From Peptococcia bacterium (GTDB lineage: Bacteria; Bacillota; Peptococcia; DRI-13; DTU073), in the NCBI GenBank assembly GCA_050951585.1, contig JBMNJI010000006.1, positions 364,434-428,433 on the forward strand: DNA of 64,000 nucleotides. The letters run 5' to 3'. The position numbers and the translations under genes are program-made. Shown here one piece after another: positions 1-10,145 of the stretch (position 1 is its first letter; each line of letters starts with the position of its first letter). The notes under the pieces were generated by a model. It saw only the letters and a list, made by a program, of their open reading frames with translations. It ran no database searches and was not told the origin of the DNA.

Positions 1-705
1 TTCGGCCCCCGCAACTATTTCCACATGTGAACAAAGCACGGCCAACTCGTCTTTTCTGGTGCGCAATAACGTTTCTGTTTCCGCCGCTTCCGCCCAGATC
101 TGGAGATAGAGCCCCTGCTCAACCATCTTTAGCTTTAGTTCCATATGTCCTAAAACAGGCAAGCTTAATTCAAAGACAACTTCCCAGATCTCCTCTTGGC
201 CTGTTAAACCCTTATAACGGCTAATCTCAAGCTTGTCGTACCCTGTCTCGAGATGCTCCTGTGGAATTAACAGGGCCGCCACTAAATTAGGGTCAAGCAA
301 ATAACGAACGGCGGTCTGTTCATCAGCCGGAATCTTGGCTAAATTGTCCAGCACCGACTGTAATTCTTTCTCACCGCGCACACTAAATTTTTCGAGGATT
401 CTTTGTAAAAGTTGTTCCCGTTCTTCGCCCGGCCCAACGTCAGGCGCACCGAAGGGCAGATTCCGCACAAATAATTCCTCTCCATGCCATTCCAGCACTT
501 GCAAAGTTAAATGCTGTCCTATTGTTAAATTGGTTTGCGCACGTACAGGGAACATTTTTTCGCCGATCTGTAAGAAAAAAAGATTTCCTTCCTGTGCAGC
601 CACCACGGCGGAAAAAACCTGCCCGGGTTTAAGATTAATCCCACCCGCATCTTTCAGTAACGCCAAAATATTAAGCAAATTACCGTTAGCGATGCCTTGT
701 ACCAC
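1..705 (-). CDS. hypothetical protein, 3' end beyond window edge; C-terminal part resembles a FliK/Flg_hook-type domain
   Basis: Absent from the ORF track because it has no stop in the window. My minus-strand translation reads VQGIANGNLLNILALLKDAGGINLKPGQ...VVFELSLPVLGHMELKLKMVEQGLYLQIWAEAAETETLLRTRKDELAVL with no stop down to position 1. GTG at 705-703 follows AAAGAGGTGG. The listed + ORF 335..724 is its shadow. Confidence 0.6.
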   Translation of the reverse strand, partial: MVQGIANGNLLNILALLKDAGGINLKPGQVFSAVVAAQEGNLFFLQIGEKMFPVRAQTNLTIGQHLTLQVLEWHGEELFVRNLPFGAPDVGPGEEREQLLQRILEKFSVRGEKELQSVLDNLAKIPADEQTAVRYLLDPNLVAALLIPQEHLETGYDKLEISRYKGLTGQEEIWEVVFELSLPVLGHMELKLKMVEQGLYLQIWAEAAETETLLRTRKDELAVLCSHVEIVAGAE

Positions 706-737
706 ATTGTCCACCTCTTTATAGCAAAACAATTGAC

Positions 738-776
738 AAAAGAAAGCTCAACACAGGTTCACCGAGATAACCTGTG
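738..776 (-). terminator. putative rho-independent terminator after the DegV gene
   Basis: Inverted repeat CACAGGTT (752-759) / AACCTGTG (769-776), followed on the minus strand by TTGAGCTTTCTTTTG. Confidence 0.45.
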
Positions 777-851
777 CTGAAAAAAGAACATTTAAAAGTG
801 GAAATTTTTCACCGACTTACCGATTCATTATGCTATTTAAAATAAATCATC

Positions 852-1721
852 CTAAGCAAAAAGTTGATCCTCTATTGAGGCAGCAAAGAAAAATAAGGCA
901 ACAGTACCCGCACCGGCATGAGTTCCCACAACAGCACCGATATCTGCAAGGATAAGTTCCGTGCATTGCAATTCCGTACTGATCCTTTCATGGATTTTAA
1001 GCGCTTCTTCCAACACGTTCGCATGCGCGATAATGCAACGAACATTGCCATGATCATTGGCATAATTTCTCGCTATTTCGACGAGGCGCTCCAAAGCTTT
1101 CCCTTTGCCTCTGATTTTTTCAAAAGGAGCAATCAACCCTTCCTCAATCGTAAGAACCGGTTTAATATTTAACATTCCTCCCAGGAAGGCCGTGGCTTTA
1201 CCAATCCGTCCGCCCTTTTCCAAATTCTCCAGCGTATCGACAACAAAATAAGCTTTGACACTTTCTATCATCTTTTGGACTATCTGCAGAATCTCCTCTT
1301 TGCCCTTCCCGGCTTTCACCGCTTTGGCTGCAGCCAGGACAACAAATCCGAGGGCACAGGCCACAAGTTTACTATCCACCACGGTAATATCCCGGTCGCT
1401 TAAAACAGACTGGGCAATCTTCGCTGACTGACATGTTCCGGACATCAGACTGGAAATATGGATCGAAATTACGGTCGAACCGTCTTTGGTTAACTCTTCG
1501 TAAAAATCCTGAAACTCACCCGGCGACGGCTGTGAGGTAGCCGGTAATTTTTCGGCCTGCGCCAGTTTCTCATAAAAATCCTTTGTGGAAAGATCAATAT
1601 TCTCGCGAAAAGCCTCTTCACCAAAAATAATTTTTAGCGGAATCACGGCGATATCATATTCCTTGAGTAAAGCCGCCGGTAAATCTGATGTGCTGTCTGT
1701 GGCGATTCTGATTCGGGCCAT
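852..1721 (-). CDS. DegV family fatty-acid-binding protein
   Basis: 289 aa. N-terminus MARIRIATDSTSDLPAALLKEYDIAVIPLKI and the overall pattern are typical of the DegV family. Lies directly downstream of the DAK2 gene. Confidence 0.9.
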   Translation of the reverse strand: MARIRIATDSTSDLPAALLKEYDIAVIPLKIIFGEEAFRENIDLSTKDFYEKLAQAEKLPATSQPSPGEFQDFYEELTKDGSTVISIHISSLMSGTCQSAKIAQSVLSDRDITVVDSKLVACALGFVVLAAAKAVKAGKGKEEILQIVQKMIESVKAYFVVDTLENLEKGGRIGKATAFLGGMLNIKPVLTIEEGLIAPFEKIRGKGKALERLVEIARNYANDHGNVRCIIAHANVLEEALKIHERISTELQCTELILADIGAVVGTHAGAGTVALFFFAASIEDQLFA

Positions 1722-1762
1722 TACTACACCTCATTTCTTAATAATTATTATTCTCCTAATCT

Positions 1763-3379
1763 TTATTCAACAGATATCAAATAATAATACAAAGGTTGAC
1801 CACCATAATGCAATTCAAAATCCACCTGCGGATACTGCTGCGATAATGCCTCAATTAACTTTTCCGCATCCTGTTCCGACACATCTTCGCCATAATAAAC
1901 GGTAATTAGTTCGTATTCCGGTTTAATAAATTTCGCAATCAGTTGTTGGGCCACATCAGCCATCTTATCTCCCGTAACAGCAATTTTTCCTTCGCTTATC
2001 CCCAGGATTTGCCCCTTGGTGATCTTTTGGCCATCGAATTCCGCATCTCTCACCGCATAGGTAACCTCTAAGGTCATAATCTGCGTACATGCTTCTTCCA
2101 TTTTGGTTTTGTTGGTCTCCAGATCATTCTCCGCATTGAAGGCCATTAAGGCGGCAATCCCCTGCGGTATTGTCCTGGTGCCGACAACCCGGACCGGTTT
2201 GGAAGCGACCCCGGCAGCTTGCTGTGCGGCTAAAATAACATTGCTATTGTTAGGTAGAAGCAGAACCTCTTCTGCCAGGATTTGCTCAATCGCTTCAACA
2301 AAGTCCTGCGTGCTGGGATTCATTGTTTGTCCACCGGTGATGACGATATCGACGCCCAAGCTTTTAAAGACATCATTTAAACCTGACCCCAATGATACCG
2401 TGATAATGCCTAAATGCTTCTTCGCTCTGGCTTTTATCCGCATTTCCTCACTTTGTTCGAGCATATTATGGATTTGTACTTCATGAAGAGTCCCCATCTC
2501 GGTACAAAATTCCAGCACATTTCCAGGGTGATTGGTGTGGATATGGATTTTTCCTGTATCGCTGTTCCCAACAACCAAAAGACAATCCCCTTTATCGCTG
2601 AGAAAGGCTTTAACCCCATCTAAGGTCAGCGGCTTTTCCTTTTTCTTGAGAATGAATTCTGTACAATATTGATAGGTAATGGCTTGTTCGCCTGTATAAT
2701 CAAGCTTTTTTTGCACACTGTTAACTGCAGTCAGTGCTTCTTTTTGATACTTAGGCATATTTCCGCTTATGGCGGCTAACATACCTTCTAAAATATAGAC
2801 CCATCCTTGCCCACCGGCATCTACCACACCAGCTTGCTGCAATACGGGCAACATCGTAGGCGTCTCTTGTAAAGCCTGATAGGCACCCTCATAGGCCGCA
2901 TTTAAAACCGAGTGAAACGAGCTTCCTTCCCTCTGCCGTTCTTTGGCCGCTGCCACAGACGTCTCCCGGGCAACAGTAAGAATTGTGCCTTCTACCGGGT
3001 TGGTCACAGCCTGATAAGCTGTTTCAACCGCAGTATCCAAAGCCTGACAGAATCCATCGAGACTAATCCTCTCCTGACCTTCTGTGCTTTTGGCAAAACC
3101 CGCTAAGAGCTGCGATAAAATTACACCTGAATTACCTCTGGCCCCCATCAATGCGCCATAAGCCATGGCCTTGGTCAACTCACCCAGGTTTGCTGTTTCC
3201 TGCTCGGCTACCGCTTTCGCAGCAGTGGCCATAGTCAAGCTCATATTTGTCCCGGTGTCACCATCAGGTACAGGGAAAACATTTAAAGCGTCAACGCTTT
3301 GCTTTCTTTCTGATAAGTAAACACTGGAAGCGATAATTAATTTCGACCACAGCAAACCATCTATACTATCAATGTTCAC
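1763..3379 (-). CDS. yloV: DAK2 domain fusion protein (YloV family)
   Basis: 538 aa. N-terminal DAK2 pattern (FPVPDGDTGTNM) and a YloV-type C-terminal half. Confidence 0.9.
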   Translation of the reverse strand: MNIDSIDGLLWSKLIIASSVYLSERKQSVDALNVFPVPDGDTGTNMSLTMATAAKAVAEQETANLGELTKAMAYGALMGARGNSGVILSQLLAGFAKSTEGQERISLDGFCQALDTAVETAYQAVTNPVEGTILTVARETSVAAAKERQREGSSFHSVLNAAYEGAYQALQETPTMLPVLQQAGVVDAGGQGWVYILEGMLAAISGNMPKYQKEALTAVNSVQKKLDYTGEQAITYQYCTEFILKKKEKPLTLDGVKAFLSDKGDCLLVVGNSDTGKIHIHTNHPGNVLEFCTEMGTLHEVQIHNMLEQSEEMRIKARAKKHLGIITVSLGSGLNDVFKSLGVDIVITGGQTMNPSTQDFVEAIEQILAEEVLLLPNNSNVILAAQQAAGVASKPVRVVGTRTIPQGIAALMAFNAENDLETNKTKMEEACTQIMTLEVTYAVRDAEFDGQKITKGQILGISEGKIAVTGDKMADVAQQLIAKFIKPEYELITVYYGEDVSEQDAEKLIEALSQQYPQVDFELHYGGQPLYYYLISVE

Positions 3380-3582
3380 TACTATGCCTCCTCAAAATGA
3401 TTATACTCCATCCTTAATTATACTTGTAAAGATAAAGAATCGTCAATTTTTTCCGCAAAAGTTCCTTCCTGCTTTTAAAATATTATCTATATATTTAAGA
3501 AATACTAATGGCAACGTGTTCATTTGTCCACATTATATCGTTATTTATAGACACATTATCGCAGAAAAGGTGAAAATACAGC

Positions 3583-4221
3583 ATGATTGAAATAGATGAC
3601 GCCGGTAGCGGGAGCCTGATCGGGGGAACAATGATCGGGATTTTCAGAAGTGAAACCGGCGAATATTACTGCGAATTAATCCCCCTGAAGCTTTTTCGAC
3701 ATCCGTATTTTATGCAAAAACTATACCAGGAATATGTCATTACCATTATGGAAAGAGCAATCCGGCGACTGCAGATCAGGAAAACTGAACCCGTCTTTCT
3801 CTGCCGGGGCTATATTTTCGACCAACTGCGTAATTGGTTAACAAGACATGGATTCAACTGGCAAAACACGAAAATCATCGGCTCCTTGCAGAACCTGGTC
3901 GAAAATTCCTTTAATCAATATATCATCAGTTTAGGATTACCGAAGAATTTTCTCTTGCATGCCCGCTATGCCTTTGGTTTCCATCGCCTCTTTAAATGGG
4001 TCATGGCAGACTTCCCGGAGCGGGCGTCCTTATGCAAAACCGGCTGGAAAAGCTGGCAGAAATGGTCAACTACTCCCGTAATATCACTGCCGGGAAAAGC
4101 CCCCCATCACGAATACTGCCTCAGATGTGGCCTAATAATTAGCACAAACGAACCGGTGATAGTATTGCAATACGAAACAAACCGGCTATGGAGTCTGCAT
4201 CTCCATCGCCATTGCGGTTAA
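3583..4221 (+). CDS. hypothetical protein with RNase HII-like N-terminal motif and Cys/His-rich C-terminus
   Basis: 212 aa ORF with no competing ORF. N-terminus is MIEIDDAGSGSLIGGTMIG; C-terminus is HHEYCLRCG...HLHRHCG. Confidence 0.6.
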   Translation: MIEIDDAGSGSLIGGTMIGIFRSETGEYYCELIPLKLFRHPYFMQKLYQEYVITIMERAIRRLQIRKTEPVFLCRGYIFDQLRNWLTRHGFNWQNTKIIGSLQNLVENSFNQYIISLGLPKNFLLHARYAFGFHRLFKWVMADFPERASLCKTGWKSWQKWSTTPVISLPGKAPHHEYCLRCGLIISTNEPVIVLQYETNRLWSLHLHRHCG

Positions 4222-4235
4222 ATAACCTCTAGGGG

Positions 4236-5471
4236 TTATTCTTCCGGTAACAATAAAGCCCCAGCCGTGTACCGATTGCTGGCATTCCAAAGAATCCATT
4301 CCTCCAGCCCCGCATCATAGGTCGCCTGTATTTGGGCGCGCACCTCTGCAGCTCCGTATTTGGGCAAACCTAAATTAAAATCCTGCAACCAGGGTCGAAT
4401 AATCACCGACTCCTCGCCGACCTTCTTCAGCCCGTCCAGGAGAGCTAAATTGACGACCTCATAGGGATGGGCATTCGGATTAGCAAACTTATAGTTTCCT
4501 GTCCCATAATGGGAGGGATAAACCATCGGGCAGATATAGTCTACCGCTGTCATTATTTTCTCAAATTTTTGCCCGATCCCCATATCATCAAGAGTCATCG
4601 TCGTTAGACCAAATACATCAGCGGAAATAAACACATTATACGGTTCCAATTCTTTTTGGGCATACCGTAAGAAATTTAGAATAACATCTTCTTTCTTGTT
4701 TCCGTCACTATACGGATAAACCACATCAGACATGTCTCCGTCACTCGGGAAACGAACATAATCAAACTGTATTTCACGGAATCCAAGCCTAGCGGCCTCC
4801 TTGGCCACATTAACGGTATATTCCCAAACCTCCTGATTATGAGGATCGACCCAGGCTAATTTTTTGCGATCCCTCCAGATGCTTCCGTCACTTCTTCTCA
4901 GCGCTAAATCAGGCTTTTTTTCGGCTAAGGAAGGGTCTTTAAAAACGACGATGCGGGCGATCGGGTAAATACCTTTGCTTAACAACAATTGCATATTGTC
5001 TTCCGCATTCATACCCTTATGGCGGCGAATTTGCAACTCTTTCGCCAGCTTTAGATCAAAATCTGCCGAAAGATACCCGTTATCATCCTTCATATCAATA
5101 ACCAAAGCGTTTAACTCCGTTTGATCGACAAGCTCAACTAATCTGGTGAAAAGTGTTCGCGAATTAAACGCCGCCCCGCTCATGTATAACCCTTTGGCCT
5201 TCACTGCTTCTTTCCTGACCGGACGCAAATCCCGCTCTGAACCTAAAAGTACAAAAGCCACTTTCTCCTCAAAGGGTATTAAGGCAGAGGCATCTTTAAG
5301 TGCTTCCAGCGACTGCATATTTTCCGGGGCGGGCGAATCTGCGGCACCGTCCAATGAATTATGTTGCGCTGATAATTGCCAGCCAAATACTCCTGCGATA
5401 CATAATAAACCAAATAAACATAATACTCTTGTTCTGCGTCTTGCTCTCTTATTTCTTCTTAAATTTAACAT
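4236..5471 (-). CDS. putative glycoside hydrolase (GHL/DUF4015-type TIM barrel) with N-terminal membrane anchor
   Basis: 411 aa. Basic N-terminus plus TM segment (VLCLFGLLCIAGVFGW), then KGLYMSGAAF...LNALVIDMKDDNGYLS. Family assignment is from memory. Confidence 0.6.
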   Translation of the reverse strand: MLNLRRNKRARRRTRVLCLFGLLCIAGVFGWQLSAQHNSLDGAADSPAPENMQSLEALKDASALIPFEEKVAFVLLGSERDLRPVRKEAVKAKGLYMSGAAFNSRTLFTRLVELVDQTELNALVIDMKDDNGYLSADFDLKLAKELQIRRHKGMNAEDNMQLLLSKGIYPIARIVVFKDPSLAEKKPDLALRRSDGSIWRDRKKLAWVDPHNQEVWEYTVNVAKEAARLGFREIQFDYVRFPSDGDMSDVVYPYSDGNKKEDVILNFLRYAQKELEPYNVFISADVFGLTTMTLDDMGIGQKFEKIMTAVDYICPMVYPSHYGTGNYKFANPNAHPYEVVNLALLDGLKKVGEESVIIRPWLQDFNLGLPKYGAAEVRAQIQATYDAGLEEWILWNASNRYTAGALLLPEE

Positions 5472-5555
5472 CTAATTCCCCCTTGGATGCGATTAAAGAT
5501 CACAGGGGAATAATTCGACACTATTCGTTTAATTCCTACTTGTAATTTTTTAAAA

Positions 5556-7160
5556 TTAACATTTTTGTAATTCCCTTTCTATTTCCGCAAGGTGCGCAAG
5601 TAAACGCTGCAGTATTTTCGTATCACTATTTTGCTGTTTGGCCTGCTTATTGATTTCTTTTTTAATAATTCGCAGTGCTTGTCCGAGCTCCGGCTCTAAA
5701 GTAGAGGCAACCATCGCTGCTGATGATGCAATTTCTTCCCTTACCGGCTCCTCACTTTCACTGCATAAGGAGTAAACCTGCCCATATTCCGCAATTTGCG
5801 CATGAAGATCTAATTCACGATGAATAACCCTTTGCAGTGTATCTAACGCCTCTTCTTCACCATGAACTAAAATAACTTTCTGCGGCTCACGTTCAAAAGC
5901 TCCTAACCACTCAATCAGACCTTTCTGGTCAGCGTGAGCGGAAAAATCATCGATTCTTTCAATAGTAGCCTTAACCGCAATTTCCTCCCCATGAATTTTG
6001 ACTTTTTTCTCACCCTCCAGTATTCTTCTGCCTAAAGTGCCTTCCGCTTGATACCCCACAAAGAGGATGGTAGATTCCATCCGCCAGAGATTATGCTTCA
6101 GATGATGCTTGATTCTGCCGGCATCAGCCATCCCGCTGGCAGAGATAATAATTGCGCCGCCCTTAATCTTATTCACCGCAATAGAATCATCTACCGACAC
6201 CACATAATGAATATCCGGTCCCTCAAAAAGCTCTTCGGCGCCTTTGCCTTTAATCGCAATGCATGACTCTTCATCAAAACACTCCGGGTTCCGGATAAAG
6301 ACCTTGGTGGCCTCCACCGCCATGGGACTGTCAATATAGATCTCCACCGGCGGTATTTCTCCGCTTTCTTTCATCTTTTTCAGGTAGTAGACCAAATCCT
6401 GCGTTCTTTCTACGGCAAAACTAGGAATCACCAAATTCCCGCCCTTTTTCATTGTTTCTTTGACCACTCTGGCTAACTCATTTAATTTGTTTCCCACATC
6501 CAAATGATAACGATTGCCGTATGTGGCTTCCATGACAACAATATCCGCAGCTTTAATTTTCGTAGGTTCTTCAACCAGGGCCTGATTGGTGTTCCCAATA
6601 TCACCGGAGAAGACGACCTTGGTCCTTTTATTGTCTTCGGAAACAATTATTTCAACCATCGCCGAACCCAGAATATGTCCGGCATCGTAATATTTAACGA
6701 CAACTCCGGGCACGGGTTCAAATTCTACTTCATAATGGCACCGCACAAAATGTTCCATACATTTACGGGCATCTTCGACCGTATAGATTGGTTCTAAGAG
6801 AATACCCCCGCTACGGGCAAGCTTCCTATTCTTTCGCTCAACTTCCATCTCTTGAATATGCGCACTATCCGGCAAAACCACACTACATAATTCGGTTGTC
6901 GCTTTGGTCGCATAAATCCAACCGCGAAAACCCTTTTTATATAATTTGGGCAATAACCCGCTATGATCAACATGTGCATGGGTTAATAACACAAAATCGA
7001 TTGTTTCAGGGTCGAAAAGAAAGGGGCCGTAATTTAATTCTTTTAACTCTTTTGAGCCTTGAAACAAACCGCAATCAACTAAAAACTTACTGCTTTCTGT
7101 CTTTACTAAAAAGCAGGAACCGGTTACCGAACCTGCTGCCCCGCAGAACTTGATCTCCAT
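5556..7160 (-). CDS. MBL-fold beta-CASP family ribonuclease
   Basis: 534 aa. HAHVDHSG metallo-beta-lactamase motif and a beta-CASP-like central region, plus a C-terminal helical extension. Confidence 0.85.
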   Translation of the reverse strand: MEIKFCGAAGSVTGSCFLVKTESSKFLVDCGLFQGSKELKELNYGPFLFDPETIDFVLLTHAHVDHSGLLPKLYKKGFRGWIYATKATTELCSVVLPDSAHIQEMEVERKNRKLARSGGILLEPIYTVEDARKCMEHFVRCHYEVEFEPVPGVVVKYYDAGHILGSAMVEIIVSEDNKRTKVVFSGDIGNTNQALVEEPTKIKAADIVVMEATYGNRYHLDVGNKLNELARVVKETMKKGGNLVIPSFAVERTQDLVYYLKKMKESGEIPPVEIYIDSPMAVEATKVFIRNPECFDEESCIAIKGKGAEELFEGPDIHYVVSVDDSIAVNKIKGGAIIISASGMADAGRIKHHLKHNLWRMESTILFVGYQAEGTLGRRILEGEKKVKIHGEEIAVKATIERIDDFSAHADQKGLIEWLGAFEREPQKVILVHGEEEALDTLQRVIHRELDLHAQIAEYGQVYSLCSESEEPVREEIASSAAMVASTLEPELGQALRIIKKEINKQAKQQNSDTKILQRLLAHLAEIERELQKC

Positions 7161-7253
7161 TATTAATCTCCTCCTAAAATCCGTCTCATAATAATGCTAT
7201 TTTAACACATTTAAACAGTTGTAAGGATAAAAAAAGAAAAACGAGGCGCTATC

Positions 7254-7290
7254 AAAAAATAAAAGGGGGTTTCGGTCACGCCGAAACCCC
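7254..7290 (-). terminator. rho-independent terminator after trpB2 (possibly bidirectional)
   Basis: GGGGTTTCGG (7266-7275) / CCGAAACCCC (7281-7290). A-run 7254-7264 gives a T-run on the minus strand. Confidence 0.7.
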
Positions 7291-7333
7291 TAAGCTTTTT
7301 TGGTTCTTTTCGTTTAATCGATCTCATGACTAG

Positions 7334-8695
7334 TTAGATTTTGGGTAACTCCTGCGCCTGTTTCCGTATTTCCTCGTCTGATAATACGACATCTTCAATT
7401 GCCCCGGAAAGGTAGTTTTCATATGCCGTAAGATCCAGATGGCCGTGACCGCTTAGATTAAAGACAATACTCTTCTGCACTCCGGCTTCTTTCGCCTCAA
7501 GGGCCGCATCAATCGCCGCTTTAATCGCATGGGAGGATTCAGGGGCAGGCACAATGCCTTCAGTACGGGCAAAGAGGACAGCCGCATCAAAAACACCCTT
7601 TTGCTTAACCGCTTTCGCTTCGATCAGTCCATCATGATAAAGCTGACTGACTAATGTTGAGACCCCGTGATATCTTAACCCTCCGGCATGAATACCCAGC
7701 GGAGTAAAATGAGAGCCTAAAGTATACATTTTTAAGAGCGGGGTTAAACCGGCCACATCACAATAATCATAAGCGAAGGTTCCTTGCGTCAAAGAGGGAC
7801 AGGCGGCAGGTTCAACAGCAATTATTCTCACGTTTCTCCCCTTTATTTTATCGGGGATAAACGGAAACGCAATGCCGGAAAAGTTGGACCCTCCTCCGCA
7901 ACAACCAATCACCACATCAGGATAGTCATCGACCATCTCCATCTGCAGCTTCACTTCCTGGCCGATGATGGTCTGATGAAGGCTGACATGATTAAGGACA
8001 CTCCCTAAAGCGTAATTCGTATCGGTACGCTGCACCGCATCTTCAATTGCTTCACTTATGGCAATCCCAAGGGTGCCTGGTGTATCAGGCTGTTCCTGCA
8101 AAACCCTTCTGCCTATCTCCGTTCTGTCACTTGGACTCGGGATGCATTCTGCCCCGTAAGTCTCCATAAAAACCCGGCGATAAGGTTTTTGTTTGAAACT
8201 AATCCTGACCATATAGACGGTACATTCTAAATCAAACATCTGACACGCTAAAGAAAGAGCTGTTCCCCATTGTCCTGCTCCTGTTTCGGTAGTCAGGCGT
8301 TTGATCCCGGCCTCTTTATTATAGTATGCCTGAGGAATAGCACTGTTTAGCTTATGACTTCCTACCGGACTAACACCTTCATACTTATAGTAAATACGGC
8401 ACTGGGTATCTAAGGCTTTTTCCAGTCGATGCGCCCGAAAAAGAGGTGACGGCCTCCATTGTTTGTACATCTCCCGTACTTGCTCCGGTATTTCGATAAA
8501 CCTTTCCGTAGACACTTCCTGAGCAATTAATGCATGCGGAAAAATCGGGCTTAAGTCCTCCGGGGTAAGTGGTTTTTTTGTTTGGGGATTCAAACCCGGT
8601 GCCGGAAGATTGGGCATATCCGCCTGAACATTATACCAAAACCTTGGTGTTTTCTCCTCCGGGAGCATAATTTTTGTTAACTCATCTCTTCTCAT
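7334..8695 (-). CDS. trpB2: TrpB-like PLP-dependent enzyme (tryptophan synthase beta chain 2 type)
   Basis: 453 aa. Long N-terminal extension and a GSHKLN PLP-lysine motif typical of stand-alone TrpB2. No other trp genes are nearby. Confidence 0.85.
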   Translation of the reverse strand: MRRDELTKIMLPEEKTPRFWYNVQADMPNLPAPGLNPQTKKPLTPEDLSPIFPHALIAQEVSTERFIEIPEQVREMYKQWRPSPLFRAHRLEKALDTQCRIYYKYEGVSPVGSHKLNSAIPQAYYNKEAGIKRLTTETGAGQWGTALSLACQMFDLECTVYMVRISFKQKPYRRVFMETYGAECIPSPSDRTEIGRRVLQEQPDTPGTLGIAISEAIEDAVQRTDTNYALGSVLNHVSLHQTIIGQEVKLQMEMVDDYPDVVIGCCGGGSNFSGIAFPFIPDKIKGRNVRIIAVEPAACPSLTQGTFAYDYCDVAGLTPLLKMYTLGSHFTPLGIHAGGLRYHGVSTLVSQLYHDGLIEAKAVKQKGVFDAAVLFARTEGIVPAPESSHAIKAAIDAALEAKEAGVQKSIVFNLSGHGHLDLTAYENYLSGAIEDVVLSDEEIRKQAQELPKI

Positions 8696-8808
8696 CTCAA
8701 CTCTCTCCTCTCATCAATGAAATAATAATTAAAAATATGTTTCATTTTAGCATATCTATCTAAATCTTTCAATGTCATAACCCTTCACAACAGTACAAAA
8801 ACTGTTCC

Positions 8809-9345
8809 TTAATAATTATTGTTTACTAACTCGAAATAGCTTTGGGGATGAGCACAAACAGGACATACTTCCGGTGCCGCCTCTGCCACATGAATATGGC
8901 CGCAGTTCCGGCATTTCCAATAAACCTTGCCGTCTTTTTTAAAGACTTTTCCCTCTTCCAGATTCTTTAACAATTCCTTATATCTTTCTTCATGATGTTT
9001 TTCGATCGCGGCGATCCCTTCAAACAAGCTGGCAATCTCCTCAAACCCTTCTTCACGGGCTTCTTTTGCCATGCGCGGATACATATTGACCCATTCGTCA
9101 TTTTCACCGCCGGCTGCGGCACGCAGGTTTTCCATGGTATTACCAATCCCCAGCAGTTTTTTCAAGTGTAATTTGGCATGTTCTTTTTCGTTATCAGCCG
9201 TTTCTAAAAAAAGCGCGGCAATCTGTTCATACCCTTCTTTTTTGGCGACAGAAGCAAAAAAAGTATACTTATTCCTTGCTTGAGATTCGCCTACAAAAGC
9301 CTCCATTAAATTTTTTTCCGTCTTTGAACCCTTTAAATCCGCCAT
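8809..9345 (-). CDS. rbr: rubrerythrin
   Basis: Ferritin-like EEHA/EKHH diiron motifs and a C-terminal CRNCG...CPVC rubredoxin-like site. ATG at 9345 follows GGAGAGG; the track start at 9354 is a GTG inside the RBS. Confidence 0.9.
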   Translation of the reverse strand: MADLKGSKTEKNLMEAFVGESQARNKYTFFASVAKKEGYEQIAALFLETADNEKEHAKLHLKKLLGIGNTMENLRAAAGGENDEWVNMYPRMAKEAREEGFEEIASLFEGIAAIEKHHEERYKELLKNLEEGKVFKKDGKVYWKCRNCGHIHVAEAAPEVCPVCAHPQSYFELVNNNY

Positions 9346-9482
9346 TTCTAACACCTCTCCTTTTCTTTGCCTGTCTAATCATTATGTGAACTATATTAAT
9401 TACTCAATATCTTACCACATTATACCCTTTCCGAAAACATGTAAATATAGTTTTAGAAGCTTTAGTTGCACTTATGTATGAC

Positions 9483-9506
9483 AAAAAAAAGACCCCCTAG
9501 GGTCCT
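9483..9506 (-). terminator. rho-independent terminator downstream of the displaced tRNA-Leu 3' fragment
   Basis: GACCC/GGGTC hairpin at 9491-9504, followed on the minus strand by T8 (plus-strand A8 at 9483-9490). Confidence 0.55.
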
Positions 9507-9531
9507 GATGTATCCAAAACATTAAAATATA

Positions 9532-9590
9532 TGGTGCGGCTGAGAGGACTTGAACCTCCATGCCCTTGCGAGCACTAGAACCTGAATCTA
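9532..9590 (-). repeat. att copy: displaced 59-nt 3' portion of tRNA-Leu(CAG)
   Basis: Identical by my alignment to 20988-21046. The sequences diverge immediately on both sides. Confidence 0.9.
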
Positions 9591-9728
9591 ATACGTTTCG
9601 TATTATATAACTTTTCTGCAATGCACCTTGTATCAGCCGTTTGCGAGGTGGCTTTCGTTCGGCAAAAAGTTTCGTAATGGTACTTTTTTATTATAATGAG
9701 TAAATGTTTTTTTTATCGGATAACATTC

Positions 9729-9760
9729 TGTGCGGTTTTTTGTGCGGTATTTATGTGCGG
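9729..9760 (+). repeat. three direct TGTGCGG repeats (candidate integrase arm-type sites)
   Basis: TGTGCGG at 9729, 9741 and 9754. The block GGTTTTTTGTGCGGTATTT recurs as GGTTTTTGTGCGGTATTT at 20934-20951, at the other end of the element. Confidence 0.5.
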
Positions 9761-9987
9761 CACGTCAAGGATTGGGGGGATTGTTATGTATAGTTATTGC
9801 GGTAAAAAGCAACCTCGCTTTAGCATGATTGTGGCTGACTTGCTGTGGCTGGCAATTTTGGGCATTTTGAGCCGCAAAAATGCCCCTCCTAAATGACCCA
9901 CAAGCCCCGCTGTGCGCGGCGCAAAAAGGAGCCAGAATCAGCCGTATGCGGTTAGAATTGTTGCGGTAGGGTGTTTGTATGGTGAAT

Positions 9988-10024
9988 AGGGGGAAAAGAA
10001 AAAGAGGGGCATCTCTGCCCCTCT
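9988..10024 (-). terminator. rho-independent terminator of the lysis cassette
   Basis: AGAGGGGCA (10003-10011) / TGCCCCTCT (10016-10024), followed on the minus strand by TTTTTCTTTTCC. Confidence 0.65.
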
Positions 10025-10145
10025 TTCGTGCTCATACGATTATCCTCCCGACCGTCAAGGCCGCTATCCCCTTTTAATGACCCCCACACTCGACAGTGCG
10101 CTCCTGCTTTGTGTCCTCATCCGTCACGCGCCGGGAAGAAGGGTG

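Noticed and set aside
335-724. 129-aa plus-strand ORF at the left edge
   Set aside because: Cys/Ser/Pro-rich, non-protein-like sequence. It is the antisense shadow of a convincing minus-strand ORF (1..705) that the track omits because it has no stop in the window.
9419-9445. Candidate rubrerythrin promoter and PerR-like box
   Set aside because: A TATAAT box is present (9424-9419 on the minus strand), but the best -35 (TTTACA) has only a 15-nt spacer. I could not find a convincing TTATAATnATTATAA-type box.
9696-9896. 66-aa ORF just inside the left end of the element
   Set aside because: Its Cys/Phe-rich sequence is generated by the TGTGCGG/T-rich repeats and it has no RBS. It is more likely a non-coding att-arm region.
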